64,000 nt of DNA from Eledone cirrhosa. Its lineage: Eukaryota. The notes beneath the pieces were generated by a model, which saw only the letters and a program-made list of their open reading frames with translations, was not told where the DNA came from and made no database searches. This document shows, one piece after another, positions 59,867 to 64,000 of the stretch. The stretch lies in the NCBI GenBank assembly GCA_964016885.1, contig OZ024745.1, forward strand, positions 113,088,001-113,152,000, written 5' to 3'. Each line of letters starts with the position of its first letter. Position 1 is the first letter of the stretch. The translations under genes were made by a program, and so were the position numbers.

Positions 59867-61589
59867 AAACGCTTTATCTTACGAATAATATAAATCGTTG
59901 TATCTATCTTATATTATATATTCGATTTTATTCCATAATTTATAAGTCAATTATATTACGAACGTTATAAATGTTTTATATGTTGTAGAATGTTTTCAAT
60001 TTCCTTTCATAATTTATCAGACAGTAGTTTTAGAAATGTTTTAAATCTTTTGTATATAATATATTATGGCTTGGATTCCGTTCCATAGTAATAGCATTAC
60101 ATACAAAGACTTTAGTAGAATAATATCATACGTAATAAATACCTATGTAACAATTACGTTATACATATTGAAATAGACGATGTTCATGTTTAACTTTTGA
60201 TTTTGTTAGTTCTGTGAGAGTATGATTATGTATCTGCATAACGTTTTTTCTTTCTTTCAGCGAACAGCGTCCTGTTCAGGACAGCCATCTCTCCCCGATC
60301 TCTTTCTGTTTGCCTACCGTCTCCTCCTTCAAGCCATATTTAAAAATTCCTCCCCATCTCTCACCTTCTCAGTCTATCTTCCCCCGTCTTAGCCCTCTTT
60401 TTCTCTCTCTTTTCTATGTTGCCAATCATGACAGACGGACCTGAGTATCGAGAACAGTCGTCTGATATATACTCCTTCAATCATATTGTTTGTATTCCAT
60501 ATTACCAGCGCTGTATCATCTCTGTTTCTAACTACATCGATCACGCTTAGGGTACAAATACCGAAATTTGTCTTTTTCTTTGACGAATTGTCTTTAAATA
60601 GCATATCTACTGCAGTCTGCATTGTCAATATTGTTAACTTAGATCAATTGTTGCTATTTGAGTTATCTATCTTTTTGTGTGGTTTTTAGATTTTAAACCC
60701 ATCTACAGGAACTTTTGACTGAATTGTTTGCAATAAATCTCAGTTAATCGAAGTGTTTCAACTTAGTCTATTAGATATATGCAACCCTAACGGTGTATTA
60801 CACAAGTATCTCCTTTAGTATATAATCATTTACTACTTTTCTAAACGTTAAACTACGGAAATTATATAAAGGAATGAATCTGCACTTGGAATATAGTGCT
60901 TTCTCTATATAAGATTCATTTCCTTTTACCTCCTTCCATAGATATGTTTGCTGAAGTAAGTAATTGTATAGTTTCTTCGTTCTCCTTTATAAACTAACCG
61001 TCTATAAGTGATTGTTTCTAAAATGTAAAGACAATTTAACATAATATTACATCTAAATATAAATTATACTTTTCAGTGGTATAGTAAGTAGGTCTTTTGA
61101 GGAAGACAAATCTAGTATTTCTAATTGTCCGATTAACCTTCATCTAGTGAATCAATGCTTGCGTTTGATTAATGCATGAGAAATTGGATAGCGTTCAATG
61201 TTTTCTACAGCAGCGTTCCAAATTTAATATAGCTGGTAAGACAAGTTTGGCAAGATTGTCTTGAAAAATAAAACAATGTAATCATATACAGAACTGCCGA
61301 CATAATAACGATCTATTCAAGTTCCTGATATACAATACTATAAACTAAACGAGAGGAAACAATATGTAATAAAGTGCATAAAAGAAATGGTGTAAGAATA
61401 TATGTTTATATCCATCTCTAGTTGCCTGCACCTCTTTCTTAGATGATTTAGTAATCGACATCAGATTATACATAATCTACACACAGAGGGATTCATTTCT
61501 CAATTTAGATTTAATCCCAAGATAAGAAATTACTTTATATATCATTTCTGCCTCTTGAAGATGTCATTGTAATACTATTTTATAATGAC

Positions 61590-62005
61590 GCGGTGGATTG
61601 GCAGAATTATTACAATGTCAAAGAGAATGCCTTATGTTATTTTTGTTACTGCTCTTAGCGTTTTCATTTGAAATCCCACAGATATCAGTGTTGCCGTTCA
61701 CGACCTTCGTGGTAGATAAGGAAATCATTGGATCGATGTAATCGATTTTACTCTCCACAAATTCTTTTTGCTTGTTTTAGACATCAATATTATTTTGTAA
61801 TGAGGTATATAGAATCGATACAACGACTGCGAAAATGTCTAAGAGTATTTAGTTATGTCATTTTAATGTTCAGAGCTCTTATCCTGCCTGGATGAACATT
61901 TCCTTTCATCCTTACCGTGTCGATGAAATAATCTATTACTTGGTCAATGTAATCGACTATCATCTCACCTGTATGTTTGCGTCCTTGTGCCTATCACAGA
62001 AATAA
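61590..62005 (+). mobile_element. Two old tandem family-1 SINEs
   Basis: GCGGTGGATTGGCAG head, CCTTTCATCCTTAC core, TATTTTRTAATGA spacers. Confidence 0.6.
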
Positions 62006-62349
62006 ATGTTACTTTGTAACATAGTAGTCAATAATAGCATCATATTTTACAGAAATTCAGTTTCTAAAGCAATAATAAATCAGTAAAACCCTACATAACT
62101 ATTAAGGTATGTTGGTGTTTTTGTGTTTGTGTGTCTATGTGTGTATAGATACGCATTCTTAGTGTGTGTATAGAAATGCCTATGTGTTTGTATAGATATA
62201 CCCTTTCAGTAGAATATAGTTTCCCCAGTTACACTCCAAGGTATATAAATAAATGAGTTTATTCACCAATTCTGCAGTTAATTATATAATATATCTGTAT
62301 AATGCATATGGGTATTAGATTTCTATACAACGTCACTCGAGAACCGAGT

Positions 62350-63990
62350 CTACAAAATCCTTAAAGACCAAGACTGCTTCAGTGAGAATTTCAATAAGAA
62401 ATTCGTTAACGTCTGGACTCACCAGACATTACAACTCATCCCAAGTCAGGATACTTCATTATCGAAACTCTTTTTCCATAGTAAAAAGACAGGCAAGATT
62501 CAGTCCTGAGAAGACAGAAATGACTCGATGTACTTTTCAAATGCACTGACAGATGAAGGCAACCAATCCACGTGTTTCCAGCTCATATCCATTACTAAGT
62601 ACTGGAGAATCGCCACTGTTGATCCTTGAAATGAGGCTGTAATAGCTCACTTGCTACACACAGGGAACACCTTACCTTTCTACCGAAGATGAGGTCAAGA
62701 AGGCCATTTTTGAGCTCCACGAGGAATGTCTATTTGCAGCAAGGAAACACCTCTAATGGAGTACGAAAACAACTCAATGCGTAATCTCTACAACACGAAA
62801 AGAAATCATTAATGCTTCTGCAATTACCGGGGTGTATCTTATCTATCAATCGCTGTTCTTGAACCATTTTATTATCCAGCTTGTACATGACATTCTTCCT
62901 GAGGGTCAGTGTGATATTAGAGTATCATGTTACAGACGACATGGTGTTTGTAACATGGCAATTTTGAGTTAGTTGTCTGAGGTACTATTGTAATGTCTAC
63001 ATATCATCAGTAGATCTTATACAAGCATTTGTCCCTTTCAATCGTGCAGAGTTCTTGAGAATGGAAACGATGGTATAGATTTCCTGACAGAGGATGTTTT
63101 TGTGGTAAGATGAGAATGGCATTCTACGTCAAAAACGGCGTTAAAACGGCTTTTATGCTGACTCAAATCTTTGCTGATTGATGTATTCCATGACGCAATG
63201 TGTATCTTTGCCATACATATTGCATTGAGAAGACTCCGGGGAAAATTTTAGAAGAAGTAGGACAGACACTAAGCTAGTTTTTAACAGTTTATTACTACAC
63301 TCTCAGTGCAAACTCAGAATCTAAGATATCGTAAAGCATATGTACGATCATCTCTGCTTGCCTATAACTTCAGTATCACCATCAGTTCAAAGAAAATTGT
63401 ACCGTAGTAGAATTACCAAAGGAAGCTAAGACTTCAGTAGTTTTTGCAATATCGTCTAAAGCAAAGAAGTGTCTTAAACTCCAAACCAATTTGAATGTAT
63501 GTATACATTTTGTTTCTCCAACCAACTTAAGATATGAATGGTTTACAGCTGGAGCACCTAAATGTTTAATATAGTTCTTTTTTTCTGTCTGCACAAAATG
63601 TTACACATTCGTTTGACCGGACAAGGTCATAGAAAATGAACTTCTCAACCACATAGTGTCGCAGAGAATTCACACTATCCTTGGCAGAACGCAACACCGT
63701 TGATCATGTCGCATTTCAAGAATGGATGAAGAACGATTTCAGAAACCTTTTTTTACAGTGACTGTGTAGGGTGAGATGTCTAGACAGTGGACATAGCTCT
63801 AGAGACACTAACTATAATATATCTTCACCATCAATACAAAGTAAAGACCTTTGCTACAGAAACATTTTGCTGGTGCTCAGCCCATCTAGTCCAGAGTAAT
63901 CCTGGACTAGATGGGCTGAGCAGAAGAAAGAGCCGAGAGCATGTGTTGGCAAAAACAGGACACGTCACCCATTCCCAGATATATTCATGA
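62350..63990 (+). mobile_element. Heavily decayed RTE-type LINE relic
   Basis: Fragmentary motifs LPEGQC, DMVFV, VDLIQAF..NR, VKNGVK, RMDEERF with many stops and shifts; boundaries approximate. Confidence 0.55.
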
Positions 63991-64000
63991 ATAATATATT

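Overview
AT-rich, repeat-dense eukaryotic DNA, most consistent with an octopod cephalopod (inferred from the microsatellite load and SINE types; not proven). There is no confidently identifiable host protein-coding gene, and almost all ORF-track entries are (TA)n/(CA)n/(GA)n read-throughs. Recognisable content: several Penelope-like retroelement (PLE) relics (RT and GIY-YIG), about 25 copies of a tRNA-derived SINE, a second SINE family, two RTE-clade LINE relics, a Tc1 fragment, a tiny mariner-type MITE, a non-autonomous Helitron with both ends, and a 200-N gap. The main hidden signal is RNA structure. I read by eye about 16 minimal type I hammerhead ribozyme (HHR) motifs, intact to decayed, plus two half-motifs. 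Most sit in short PLE 3'-end insertions in microsatellites, several as fold-back palindromes, and one family has a compensatory U3-A8 core. Several otherwise unrelated tails also share a covarying bulged stem (ACUC-stem-UY-GAGURCU) and a terminal hairpin. The SINEs form polar arrays that re-use one target-site duplication. All coordinates and folds were read manually and need computational confirmation.
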